DNA of 64,000 nucleotides from an uncultured Bacteroidales bacterium (GCA_963779845.1 CAVZZV010000005.1:956245-1020244), one strand, 5' to 3'; positions 40,672-50,794 are shown, counted from the stretch's first letter. A program made the numbers and translations. Notes: generated from the letters alone by a model not told the origin.

Positions 40672-41556
40672 TTACTTTTCGGGAAAAAGGGCTTTTACCT
40701 GGTAACCTTTTTCTCTTAACTGCCCGATCAACCCATGTTCCCCGGCCAAATGGGCCGCCCCTACCGCAACGAAGCAACTCTCATCCTCCATAAGTTCACA
40801 CAGCCTGGGAACCCAGGTTGTGTTGCGTGAAATTAAAAGCTGCTCTTCCAATTGTGCCGTATTAGTATCTTCCAACAATTTTTTTGCCATGGAATAAATG
40901 TCCTGACTTTTATACAGAGAAAGCATTTCATCGAAGGAAGATTTCTTCAATTCATTGATCTCAAAGAACATCCTGACCTGTTCCTTCTCAGGAATAGAAT
41001 CAAATATGGCTAATTGAAACTCGAAACTTTCCAGGCCAATCACGGGAATATCCTTTTTTTTCGCGATTTTATTAAAATACAGGTCATACCCTTCTATTTT
41101 CTTTCCGATGATTTCAGGGATAAGGGCGGAATATACCGCAAAGGGCTTCATCTTAAGATAAGCATTGAAAAACATTTCCTTTACTTTAAGCGAATCAAGA
41201 ATAAAATTTTTGAATATTTCAAATTCCCCTTCAGAGGGAAAAAAATCCTTCAGACTTTCTCCTTCCGGTAGCATGAGCATCCGTGCCCATTGCATTTGAG
41301 TGCTCAGGGGCACATCAATGTCAACCTCAAGGACTAACAGATCACTACTTTTAAGCTTCTCATCAGCCGTAGGGTAAACTTCAAAATCCTCTTTTGGCAT
41401 AATATGAATTGTTCCAAAAAGCCAGGAAGATTTTTTCAGTCCGTTCCCACTAATTTCCCATAAAAGAGATTTTTCTCCTGAGCTCTGGGCAGAAACGAAG
41501 GAGCCCCAAAGAAAGATAATGATTATCGATAAAGCTGATTTCCCGGTTGTTTTCAT
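40672..41556 (-). CDS. TraB/GumN family protein
   Basis: Signal peptide, LLWEISGNGLKKSSWLFGTIHI and VAVGAAHLAGEHGLIGQLREKGYQV. Confidence 0.7.
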   Translation of the reverse strand: MKTTGKSALSIIIIFLWGSFVSAQSSGEKSLLWEISGNGLKKSSWLFGTIHIMPKEDFEVYPTADEKLKSSDLLVLEVDIDVPLSTQMQWARMLMLPEGESLKDFFPSEGEFEIFKNFILDSLKVKEMFFNAYLKMKPFAVYSALIPEIIGKKIEGYDLYFNKIAKKKDIPVIGLESFEFQLAIFDSIPEKEQVRMFFEINELKKSSFDEMLSLYKSQDIYSMAKKLLEDTNTAQLEEQLLISRNTTWVPRLCELMEDESCFVAVGAAHLAGEHGLIGQLREKGYQVKALFPEK

Positions 41557-41557
41557 A

Positions 41558-42751
41558 TTATTTTACAATTACATTTAACTCTTTCCCTACTTTTCTAAAT
41601 GCAGCAATAGCCTTATTAAGATGTTCCCGGGTATGGGCTGCAGATATCTGTACCCTGATCCTGGCTTTTTCTTTTGGCACAACCGGATAATAAAATCCGA
41701 TAACATAAATCCCCTCGTCAAGAAGTTTTGCAGCGAATTGTTGCGAAAGAGCAGCGTCGTAGAGCATAACCGCACAGATGGCCGATTCTGAAGGTCGGAG
41801 ATCAAAACCAGCCTCCTTCATTTTCGAAAAGAAAAAGGCGGTATTTTCATGCAAGCGATCCTGCAATTCATTGGATTCTCCCATAATATCGAAAACACGG
41901 ATTCCAGCGTTGACCACAGCCGGAGGAAGAGAGTTTGAGAAGAGATAGGGTCGTGACCGCTGCCTTAGTAAGTCTATAATTTCTTTTCTTCCCGTGGTAA
42001 ATCCCCCGATAGCTCCCCCGAAAGCTTTACCCAGGGTGCCGGTAATGATATCCACTTCGCCCCGGATATTAAATAATTCGGTAACCCCCCGGCCCCTTTC
42101 CCCGACCACTCCCGCAGAATGACATTCATCGACCATTACCAGCGCATCATATTTCCTGGCAAGTTCAACTATTTCTCCTACAGGGGCAACATGCCCATCC
42201 ATTGAGAAAACACCATCCGTGACAATGAGCCTGAAGCGCTGTGCCCCCGCCTCTTTCAGTTTTGCTTCCAGATCCGCCATATCAGCGGATTTGTAACGAT
42301 ATCTTTGGGCCTTGCAAAGGCGTACTCCATCTATAATGGAAGCGTGATTTAATTCATCGGAAATAATAGCATCCTCTTCACCCAGCAACGGCTCGAAAAT
42401 ACCCCCATTGGCATCGAAGCAGGCAGCATACAAAATCGTACCCTCCGTTCCAAAATAGGCAGATATTTTGTTCTCCAGTTCCAGGTGCAAATCGGTTGTG
42501 CCACAAATAAAACGAACGGAAGACATGCCAAATCCATGACTTTCCAATCCTTCTCTGGCCGCTTGGATCAACTCAGAATGGGAAGAAAGTCCCAGGTAAT
42601 TGTTTGCACAAAAATTGATTACCTCCTTACCACTATCCAGCCTGATCCTCGCCTGCTGAGGGGATACAATAATCCTTTCCTGCTTATAAAGTCCGGCTTC
42701 CCTTATATCGTCAAGCTCTTTTTTCAAATGGTCTTTGATTTTTCCATACAT
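41558..42751 (-). CDS. kbl: glycine C-acetyltransferase (2-amino-3-ketobutyrate CoA ligase)
   Basis: 397-aa alpha-oxoamine synthase with GTLGKAFGG (PLP lysine). Adjacent to tdh. Confidence 0.85.
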   Translation of the reverse strand: MYGKIKDHLKKELDDIREAGLYKQERIIVSPQQARIRLDSGKEVINFCANNYLGLSSHSELIQAAREGLESHGFGMSSVRFICGTTDLHLELENKISAYFGTEGTILYAACFDANGGIFEPLLGEEDAIISDELNHASIIDGVRLCKAQRYRYKSADMADLEAKLKEAGAQRFRLIVTDGVFSMDGHVAPVGEIVELARKYDALVMVDECHSAGVVGERGRGVTELFNIRGEVDIITGTLGKAFGGAIGGFTTGRKEIIDLLRQRSRPYLFSNSLPPAVVNAGIRVFDIMGESNELQDRLHENTAFFFSKMKEAGFDLRPSESAICAVMLYDAALSQQFAAKLLDEGIYVIGFYYPVVPKEKARIRVQISAAHTREHLNKAIAAFRKVGKELNVIVK

Positions 42752-42885
42752 GATTTAGCGATTTAAAATATTGTTGATTTTTCACCCTTTTGTATTCCCT
42801 TTTAACTCTTCGGAACCTGGGGTCTTCCTTCCGTTAAACTGCACAGAAAATCAGCGATGCAATTTCCAAAAGGGGACCAGGGAGG

Positions 42886-43854
42886 TCAGTACAAGTTTTG
42901 ACTTTCTATCTTCTTTCCCACCTCTCTTATCATGATCTCCGTTACCCGTTTCAAATCATATTGATAATTAAATCCCCATTCTTCCCGGGCAACCGTGTCG
43001 TCGAGGCTTTGTGGCCAGCTATCGGCAATGGCCTGCCGGAAATCATCCCGATAGGAAATCTTAAAAGAGGGGATATGTTGACGAATGGCGCGAAATGCTT
43101 CCTCAGGGGTCATGCTGAATCCGCCCAGGTTATAGGCACTGTGGACAGACAAGTCGGATCTTTCGGCTTCCATGAGTTGAATGGTGGCATGGATGGCATC
43201 AGGCATAAACAACATTGGGAGTGCTGTATTTGCAGACAAAAAACATTCATACGAGCCCTTTCTTAGAGCGTCATAATAAATTTCAACGGCATAATCCGTT
43301 GTACCGCCCCCAGCTTCAGTTTTGTAGGAAATAAGCCCTGGATAACGGATACTACGAACATCCACCCCGAACTTATTATGGTAATAATCGCACCATCTTT
43401 CTCCGGCAAGTTTGGAAATCCCATAAACTGTAATGGGCTCCATAATAGTTAACTGCGGGGTATTAAGCCTTGGTGTGCCCGGGCCAAAAACCGCGATTGA
43501 ACTTGGCCAGAAAACTTTTTTCACATCTTCGACCATCTTTGCGATTTCGAGCACATTCATGAGGCTCTCCATATTAATATGCCATGCCTGGAGTGGCAAT
43601 TTTTCCGCGTTACCCGAAAGTACCGCCGCAAGGTGATAAATCTGGGTAATTTTATTCCGTATTATGAAATGAATCAATTGTTTGTCGTCCATTACATCCA
43701 GAATCTGGAATGGACCTTCCCCAATGAGCTCTGGAGACGCAGGTTTTATATCCGTGGCATAAACACTTGCGTTGCCATATATATTTCTTAATTCAGTGAC
43801 CAGTTCAGAACCAATTTGGCCTGCGGCACCAATGACCATTATTCTATCCATCAA
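42886..43854 (-). CDS. tdh: NAD-dependent epimerase-fold L-threonine 3-dehydrogenase
   Basis: 322 aa with VIGAAGQIGSEL (Rossmann) and YGISKLAGE (YxxxK). Neighbours kbl. Confidence 0.7.
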   Translation of the reverse strand: MMDRIMVIGAAGQIGSELVTELRNIYGNASVYATDIKPASPELIGEGPFQILDVMDDKQLIHFIIRNKITQIYHLAAVLSGNAEKLPLQAWHINMESLMNVLEIAKMVEDVKKVFWPSSIAVFGPGTPRLNTPQLTIMEPITVYGISKLAGERWCDYYHNKFGVDVRSIRYPGLISYKTEAGGGTTDYAVEIYYDALRKGSYECFLSANTALPMLFMPDAIHATIQLMEAERSDLSVHSAYNLGGFSMTPEEAFRAIRQHIPSFKISYRDDFRQAIADSWPQSLDDTVAREEWGFNYQYDLKRVTEIMIREVGKKIESQNLY

Positions 43855-43974
43855 ATTTTATTAGAAATACCGTAACGAAAATAGAAAGAAGTTTCCAGCA
43901 AAAAAATGTTTAACAACAATAAACCAAACTTTGTTAACTTTGTAATGAATTACGGGTAGGTTTGAATAAACGTT

Positions 43975-44361
43975 TTGCTCTTGAATAAAATTTTATCTCT
44001 ATTATTTTTAGTGCTTTTTATAGCCTCCTGCCAGGACGATCCGACTAAAATGGATAAACGATACCTGATTAGCCGAAATAAGTTTGTCAATATTCTGGTA
44101 GATATGCATACCATGGATGCGATAATGAATGGCTCAGAATATTACCGAAAATACGAGGCAGGGGATTCGGTAAATATCTATCAGGAAATTTTTGATAAAT
44201 ATGACGTCTCCAAAGCTGATTTTGATTCAACCATTGTATCTTATACCCGCCGTCCGGACTTATATATGAATGTTTACGACGAGGTAATACTTCGTTTAAA
44301 TCTTGCCCTCGATAAGCTCCATGACAATGAACCTTCTTTTGAAAAAAATGTCGAAAAATAA
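43975..44361 (+). CDS. hypothetical lipoprotein (DUF4296-like)
   Basis: 128 aa with LLFLVLFIASCQDD lipobox. Apparent TTG start. Confidence 0.4.
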   Translation: MLLNKILSLLFLVLFIASCQDDPTKMDKRYLISRNKFVNILVDMHTMDAIMNGSEYYRKYEAGDSVNIYQEIFDKYDVSKADFDSTIVSYTRRPDLYMNVYDEVILRLNLALDKLHDNEPSFEKNVEK

Positions 44362-44372
44362 TATCGAATGCA

Positions 44373-45566
44373 ATGCGCCCACGAAAGCTTTCGGCACATT
44401 TTATATTTGATGGAAAAGACCAATTCATCAAAAATGGTGTCCTGAACCTCGATGAGAATGGTACGGTCAGGGAATTGCGAAAGCCACTCTCGGAGGGACG
44501 GGAAGAAGCCGGCGTGGAATTTTACAGTGGAATAATAACCCCTGGTTTTATTAATGCTCATTGCCATATCGAATTATCCCATCTGAAAGGTCTGGCTCCG
44601 AAAGGAAAAGGGATGACACCCTTCCTGGAGACAGTGATTAAACACAGGGGAAGTGAGAAAGAAATTGTTGAAAAAGCGATGTTGAAGGCTGATTTGTCCA
44701 TGCAAAAAGAGGGTATTGTGGCCGTCGGGGATGTATGTAATTCGGATGTGAGTTTTGACTTAAAATCTACCTCCCCGATCTATTATTACAATTTTCTTGA
44801 GGTATTGGGGATCGAAAAGGCCAAAGCGGAAAAAATTTTTAAGGAAGCCTGTTTATTGCAGATAAGGGCCAAAAAGGTTTATGGGTTAGATGCATGCATT
44901 GTTCCTCACTCTGCCTATACGGTTTCCGAAAGACTTTTTGAATTGTTAAGAGAACATTTGAACAAGCGCGAAAATATCATCTCTGTGCATAATCAGGAAT
45001 CAGAGGAGGAGGAAGAATACATCCGGAATCATCAGGGTTTATTTTATGACCTTTTCAAGAAAATGGGGATGGATACAGGCGATCTCACACCCAAAAAAAT
45101 AAGCCCTTTGGAATACCTTCAAAGGTCCCTGCCTGAAAAACCAAAGCGGCTCTACATCCATAATGTTGAAACGAGCGAGGATGATATTCATCTTGCCCAT
45201 CCGGATTTTAGCAATACCTATTGGGTGCTGTGCCCCTTGTCCAATCTCCACATTAGCGGAAAGCTTCCCTCTGGATTTTTCTTAGAACGATACCCGCAAA
45301 ATGTTTGCATAGGCACCGATAGCCTGGCCTCAAACGATCAGCTATCTATTATAAAAGAACTTTTTACCCTTCAGGAACATTTCAGGGAAATATCTCTGGA
45401 GAAATTGCTCCGCTTTGCCTGCTTCAATGGAGCTCTTTCGCTGGGGATAGAATCCAGATTTGGAGCATTCGAACCGGGCATGAGGCCTGGGATTAATCTG
45501 ATACACCATGCCGATTTAAAGAATTTGAAATTGAGTGGGGAGACAGGAGTTAGAGTTCTACGGTAA
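44373..45566 (+). CDS. amidohydrolase-family protein (deaminase/chlorohydrolase-like)
   Basis: 397 aa with the GFINAHCHIELS HxH metal motif and a later HNQES region. Confidence 0.6.
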   Translation: MRPRKLSAHFIFDGKDQFIKNGVLNLDENGTVRELRKPLSEGREEAGVEFYSGIITPGFINAHCHIELSHLKGLAPKGKGMTPFLETVIKHRGSEKEIVEKAMLKADLSMQKEGIVAVGDVCNSDVSFDLKSTSPIYYYNFLEVLGIEKAKAEKIFKEACLLQIRAKKVYGLDACIVPHSAYTVSERLFELLREHLNKRENIISVHNQESEEEEEYIRNHQGLFYDLFKKMGMDTGDLTPKKISPLEYLQRSLPEKPKRLYIHNVETSEDDIHLAHPDFSNTYWVLCPLSNLHISGKLPSGFFLERYPQNVCIGTDSLASNDQLSIIKELFTLQEHFREISLEKLLRFACFNGALSLGIESRFGAFEPGMRPGINLIHHADLKNLKLSGETGVRVLR

Positions 45567-45619
45567 GTATCATTCTTTAAAAAGAATTTGCTTAATTTTG
45601 TGTTGATACCAAAAAAATA

Positions 45620-46861
45620 ATGAGCTATATAATCAGCAAACCGAAAAAACCCATCCACATAACTGTGGAGTTACCCTCTTCAAAAAGCATAAGCAACCGA
45701 TTATTGATCATGTCTGCTTTATCGGGAGAATCACTTAAGCTGAAAAATATTTCCGATAGCGACGACGCAAAGGCTCTGCAAAAAGCACTATCCGCTGCTT
45801 CCAGCACAATCAACATAGGCCATGCCGGTACTGCCATGCGTTTTCTTGCCGCTTATTTTTCCATTAAAGAGGAGGCAGAGGTCGTTCTTACCGGTAGTGA
45901 GCGAATGCAAAATCGTCCCATTGCCGATCTTGTATCCGGATTAAGGGAACTGGGGGCAATCATTGATTACCTTGAGAAACCGGGATTCCCACCCATTCAT
46001 ATCACGGGAAAAGAATTGAAAGGGAAGAAAATAAGGATTGAATCCGGAATCAGCAGCCAATATATTTCAGCCATCATGATGATCGGGCCCTATCTTCGGG
46101 GAGGACTGGAGCTCGTTCTCACCGGAGATACTGTTTCTTCGAGCTATATACGTTTAACCACCGGCCTAATGAAGAGGGCCGGGGCCAATGTCGAATGGAA
46201 GGATAATTCCGTTATCATTCAGGAAAAAGGGTATCACGCGGGCACATTCACCATTGAACCGGATTGGAGTGCTGCCTCCTATTGGTTCGCAATTGCAGGA
46301 TTAGCCAGGGAGAGCCAAATCCTTCTTTCAGGATTGCAGGAAGAAAGTCTGCAGGGGGATTCACAGCTGGTTAACATATTTAAGGGTCTGGGTGTGAGAG
46401 GTTCATTCTCAGACCAGGGCTTGTTATTGGAAAATGAAGGAAGCCTGATTAAAGACTTTTCATTTGATTTTTCTGAAAACCCCGATCTGGTTCAGACCCT
46501 GGTTCCCTATTGCGTGGCTCAAAATATCTCATTTTACTTTTCGGGTTGCCGTACTTTGCGGATAAAAGAAACAGATCGGATATTGGCCCTTCAGCAGGAG
46601 ATGAAAAAAATAGAGGTCAAACTGGAATATTCTGAGGCAGAAGAGGCTTTAAGCTGGAAGGGGCACAGGAAACCTGTTGCTTCAAAGAGGCCCGTCATCC
46701 GGACCTACGACGACCACCGGGCAGCCATGGGAATGGTGCCATTATGCCTGAAAATGAATGAAGTTGAGATCATGGATCCAATGGTTGTTACAAAATCCTA
46801 TCCCGGCTTTTGGTCAGACATTGAAAAAGCCGGATTTATAGTAAAAGAGCCCATATCTTAG
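45620..46861 (+). CDS. aroA: 3-phosphoshikimate 1-carboxyvinyltransferase
   Basis: 413 aa with LPSSKSISNRLLI, GHAGTAMRFL and RIKETDR. Confidence 0.85.
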   Translation: MSYIISKPKKPIHITVELPSSKSISNRLLIMSALSGESLKLKNISDSDDAKALQKALSAASSTINIGHAGTAMRFLAAYFSIKEEAEVVLTGSERMQNRPIADLVSGLRELGAIIDYLEKPGFPPIHITGKELKGKKIRIESGISSQYISAIMMIGPYLRGGLELVLTGDTVSSSYIRLTTGLMKRAGANVEWKDNSVIIQEKGYHAGTFTIEPDWSAASYWFAIAGLARESQILLSGLQEESLQGDSQLVNIFKGLGVRGSFSDQGLLLENEGSLIKDFSFDFSENPDLVQTLVPYCVAQNISFYFSGCRTLRIKETDRILALQQEMKKIEVKLEYSEAEEALSWKGHRKPVASKRPVIRTYDDHRAAMGMVPLCLKMNEVEIMDPMVVTKSYPGFWSDIEKAGFIVKEPIS

Positions 46862-46893
46862 TTCCCCGAAAACCCGTGACCTAAAACAATGCT

Positions 46894-47340
46894 ATGAATT
46901 ATCCGTTGTTTTCCGATGAATACTTTATGAACGAGGCTCTCAAAGAGGCAAAAAAAGCACTATCAAAAGAGGAAATTCCTATAGGGGCAGTCATTGTATC
47001 TGAAAATGTCATCCTGGCCCGGGGGCATAATATGACTGAGGAGCTGAAGGATGTTACTGCCCATGCTGAAATCATAGCTATAACTTCGGCTGAAAATTAT
47101 CTGGGAAATAAATTTCTTAACAATTGTAGTCTTTTTGTGACCCTGGAGCCCTGTCCGATGTGTGCCTCAGCCGGCAAATGGGCCCAGTTATCCCGGATAG
47201 TTTATGGGGCCGCGGATCCTAAGTCCGGATACCTGGGAGTAAGTTCAGAATTGATGCACCCAAAAGCTGAAATAGTATCCGGAATACTTGAGGAGGAATG
47301 TGGAGCGTTAATGAGGGAGTTTTTTAGGGGAAAGAGGTGA
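46894..47340 (+). CDS. tadA: tRNA-specific adenosine deaminase
   Basis: 148 aa with the HAEIIAI and LEPCPMCASA zinc motifs. Confidence 0.9.
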   Translation: MNYPLFSDEYFMNEALKEAKKALSKEEIPIGAVIVSENVILARGHNMTEELKDVTAHAEIIAITSAENYLGNKFLNNCSLFVTLEPCPMCASAGKWAQLSRIVYGAADPKSGYLGVSSELMHPKAEIVSGILEEECGALMREFFRGKR

Positions 47341-48030
47341 ATTAGTTTGGAGGGGGAGTATAGAGCAGGAAAACACTTAATTTGTTTGGAGGGGGAGTGG
47401 AGAGCAAGAAAACACTTAATTAGTTTGGAGGATGAGTAGAGAGCAGGAAAACACTTAATAAGTTTGGAGGGTGAGTAGAGAGCAAGAAAACACTTAATTA
47501 GTTTGGAGGGTGAGTGGAGGGCAGGAAAACACTTAATTAGTTTGGAGGGGGAGTAGAGAGCAGGAAAACACTTAATTAGTTTGGAGGGGGAGTAGAGAGC
47601 AGGAAAACACTTAATAAGTTTGGAGGGTGAGTGGAGAGCAAGAAAACACTTAATTAGTTTGGAGGGGGAGTAGAGAGCAGGAAAACACTTAATAAGTTTG
47701 GAGGGGGAGTAGAGAGCAAGAAAACACTTAATAAGTTTGGAGGGTGAGTAGAGAGCAAGAAAACACTTAATAGTTTGGAGGGTGAGTAGAGAGCAGGAAA
47801 ACACTTAATAAGTTTGGAGGGGGAGTAGAGAGCAGGAAAACACTTAATTAGTTTGGAGGGGGAGTAGAGAGCAGGAAAACACTTAATTAGTTTGGAGGGG
47901 GAGTAGAGAGCAGGAAAACACTTAATAAGTTTGGAGGGTGAGTAGAGAGCAAGAAAACACTTAATTAGTTTGGAGGGTGAGTAGAGAGCAAGAAAACATT
48001 TGATTAGTTTGGAGGGTGAGTGGAGGGCAA
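47338..48030. repeat. tandem array of about 18 copies of a 39-bp unit, with no spacers
   Basis: Consensus TTAAT[T/A]AGTTTGGAGGG[G/T]GAGT[A/G]GAG[A/G]GCA[G/A]GAAAACAC. Unit boundaries counted by hand: 47338, 47377, 47416, 47455 ... 47961, 48000. One unit (47767-47804) is 38 bp. The minus-strand ORFs 47202-47804 and 47654-48049 are this array read in its only open frame (KLIKCF[P/L]AL[Y/H]SPS)n. Confidence 0.95.
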
Positions 48031-48330
48031 TGAGCATCTGACAATGCAACTCTCAAAGTCAGGACAGATTTTTTTAACGGGATATTATTTTTCAGAAAAG
48101 CCGTTTGGGTTTTCAATTTGTGATATTTTTTAGCAAACCTCTCCTGGGGTTAAATCTAAACAAACAGTAAAGTATATCTTTTTTACCGTCTATTCGATTT
48201 TATACAGTAGAAAGGGTAATTATTTTTACAATTCCCCCATTCTTAGTATTTTCGCAAATTAATTCATCGAACTAATTCATTGTATCTTCTCCTCGTTGAA
48301 TTTTTAAGTTAATCCTAACACACGAAAATC

Positions 48331-50073
48331 ATGCTCAGAACACATACCTGCGGGGAATTAAGCATCAATGATATCAACAAAGAGGTAACCTTAAGTGGCT
48401 GGGTTCAGAAATCCCGGGACCTGGGAGGGATGACTTTTGTCGATCTACGCGATCGCTATGGCATTACCCAACTGGTCTTTAATATGGATGTCAATGCTGA
48501 ATTGTGCAGGGAAGCCCGGGCACTGGGAAGGGAATTTGTTATACAGGCTATTGGCAAAGTCTCCGAAAGAAGTAATAAAAACCTGAAGATCCCTACTGGA
48601 GAAGTAGAAATTGTTGTAGACAGTTTGAAGATCCTCAATAAATCCAAAACCCCTCCATTTACCATCGAAGAGCAAAGTGATGGAGGCGACGATATCCGCA
48701 TGAAATACCGTTACCTGGATCTTCGCCGGGAGAAAGTCCGGAAAAATCTGGAGCTGCGTCACCGGATGGCACAGGAAGTACGGAAATATCTGAGTGGTGA
48801 GGGTTTCCTCGAGGTGGAAACACCTGTGCTTATTAAATCAACTCCTGAAGGTGCACGGGATTTTGTGGTCCCCTCACGCATGAACCCTCAACAGTTTTAT
48901 GCCCTGCCCCAGTCTCCCCAAACCTTTAAGCAATTGCTTATGGTAGCTGGCTTCGATAAGTATTTCCAGATTGTAAAATGTTTCAGGGACGAGGATTTAC
49001 GGGCCGACCGACAACCCGAATTTACGCAAATCGACTGTGAAATGGCCTTCGTGGAGAGAGACGACATTCTTGATACTTTCGAAGGAATGGCGCGACATCT
49101 TTTTAAAGAGGTCCTGGATGTCGAAATTCAGGATTTCCCCCGAATGACCTATGCGGATGCCATGAACAAATATGGCAGTGACAAGCCCGATCTGCGGTTC
49201 GATATGCCCATTGAGGAACTTACGGATATGGTTCAGGGAAAAGATTTTGTCGTTTTCGATAATGCCGAGTATATCGGGGCCATTGCCGCACAGGGATGTG
49301 CCGGATATTCACGCAAACAAATCGACGAGCTGGTAGAATGGGTGCAACGACCTCAAATCGGGGCCAAGGGAATTGTCTATCTGAAAGTCGGGGAAGATGG
49401 AACATATAAATCCTCAGCAGATAAATTCTTTGATGAAACTCAGTTAAAAAAATGGGCTGAAAAGATGGAGGCTAAACCTGGAGATTTAATTCTGGCTATT
49501 GCCGGAAAAAGGAAAACCAGCCTCCATGCCCTGAGTGAACTCCGTTTAAAAATGGCCGACCGGCTTGGTCTTCGCAATAAAAAAACCTTCAAGCCTCTGT
49601 GGGTTATCGACTTTCCCCTGTTTGAGTGGGACGAGGAGACCAAACGTTTCTATGCCATGCACCATCCGTTCACCTCTCCAATGGAAGAGGACCTGCCCTT
49701 TTTCAGTTCCGATCCGGGAAAGGTCAGGGCGAAGGCCTATGATCTCGTTATCAACGGAGTAGAAATAGGCGGAGGCTCAATAAGAATCCATGATGAGGCT
49801 CTTCAGAAATTAATGTTTAAACAGCTTGGCTTTACCGATGAAGAAGCCACAGATCAATTCGGATTCCTTATGAACGCTTTCCAGTACGGCGCCCCCCCTC
49901 ATGGAGGAATTGCCTTTGGCTTCGATCGATGGGTTTCCCTGTTCGCCGGAATCGACTCAATAAGAGATGTCATTGCTTTTCCCAAGAACAATGCCGGCAG
50001 GGATGTTATGATCGATACCCCCTCCCGAATCAAACAGGAACAGTTGGATGAATTGGGTATAAAAATCGTTTAA
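48331..50073 (+). CDS. aspS: aspartate--tRNA ligase
   Basis: 580 aa, class IIb, with [24 protein letters not shown] and FGFDR. Confidence 0.95.
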   Translation: MLRTHTCGELSINDINKEVTLSGWVQKSRDLGGMTFVDLRDRYGITQLVFNMDVNAELCREARALGREFVIQAIGKVSERSNKNLKIPTGEVEIVVDSLKILNKSKTPPFTIEEQSDGGDDIRMKYRYLDLRREKVRKNLELRHRMAQEVRKYLSGEGFLEVETPVLIKSTPEGARDFVVPSRMNPQQFYALPQSPQTFKQLLMVAGFDKYFQIVKCFRDEDLRADRQPEFTQIDCEMAFVERDDILDTFEGMARHLFKEVLDVEIQDFPRMTYADAMNKYGSDKPDLRFDMPIEELTDMVQGKDFVVFDNAEYIGAIAAQGCAGYSRKQIDELVEWVQRPQIGAKGIVYLKVGEDGTYKSSADKFFDETQLKKWAEKMEAKPGDLILAIAGKRKTSLHALSELRLKMADRLGLRNKKTFKPLWVIDFPLFEWDEETKRFYAMHHPFTSPMEEDLPFFSSDPGKVRAKAYDLVINGVEIGGGSIRIHDEALQKLMFKQLGFTDEEATDQFGFLMNAFQYGAPPHGGIAFGFDRWVSLFAGIDSIRDVIAFPKNNAGRDVMIDTPSRIKQEQLDELGIKIV

Positions 50074-50155
50074 TCCCTCCGACCGAACCCTTTTTATAAA
50101 TAGTTATTATTCCCGGGAACCGATTCGGAATCCCCACTTGGACAGGAAAATTCCG

Positions 50156-50794
50156 TTACAGTTCAAATGATCTGTCCCGGCGGGTACTGGCATCATTAAA
50201 TTCAATCTCCAGCTGTTCATCAAACAGGCGAAAAGATTTACGGTGCCATATAGTTGTTCCGTTTCTTTTAAGGGATTCCCTGTGCTCCCTTGTCCCATAG
50301 CCTTTATTGCTATGCCAGGAGTACAAGGGGTATTCATCATGAAGAGTTCTCATGAACTGGTCCCTGTGGGTTTTGGCCAGGATCGAAGCAGCGGCGATGG
50401 AAAGGTATTTAGCATCGCCCTGGACAATGCATTGATGGGTTATTTCCGGATAGGGTGTGAACCTGTTTCCATCAATGATCAGAAAGGAGGGACATATTTT
50501 CAAGCCCTGAATGGCTCTGTGCATCGCAAGGAATGAAGCATTCAGGATATTCATCTCATCAATTTCCTCTACGCTGGCAACCCCTACTGACCAGCAAAGG
50601 GCAATATTCTCGATCTCCAACCGGAGTGTCTCCCGCTGAATTTCTGTTAGTTGTTTGGAGTCCGTTATTACCGGATGATGGTAGCCTTCAGGCAGGATGA
50701 CCGCCGCGGCAAATACCGGACCTGCCAGGCAACCCCGGCCGGCCTCATCACAACCGGCTTCCATTTCACCTTCTCTAAAACAGGACTTAAGCAT
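50156..50794 (-). CDS. rnhB: ribonuclease HII
   Basis: 212 aa with EAGCDEAGRGCLAGPV and DSKQL. Confidence 0.9.
   Translation of the reverse strand: MLKSCFREGEMEAGCDEAGRGCLAGPVFAAAVILPEGYHHPVITDSKQLTEIQRETLRLEIENIALCWSVGVASVEEIDEMNILNASFLAMHRAIQGLKICPSFLIIDGNRFTPYPEITHQCIVQGDAKYLSIAAASILAKTHRDQFMRTLHDEYPLYSWHSNKGYGTREHRESLKRNGTTIWHRKSFRLFDEQLEIEFNDASTRRDRSFEL

Noticed and set aside
47338-48030. CRISPR array
   Set aside because: The units abut each other with no unique spacers. All 39 bp are repeated and no cas genes are in the window. It is a tandem minisatellite, not a CRISPR.
47202-48049. Reverse-transcriptase-generated 'endless ORF' (DRT/neo-like) or retron-type element
   Set aside because: The stop-free repeat frame is reminiscent of one. 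However, the concatemer is in the genome itself, and no reverse transcriptase or structured ncRNA gene lies nearby.
47202-48049. Two separate hypothetical genes (47202-47804 and 47654-48049)
   Set aside because: They are the same repeat frame offset by the single 38-bp unit. The 3' part of one ORF and the 5' part of the other are out-of-frame readings of the same units.
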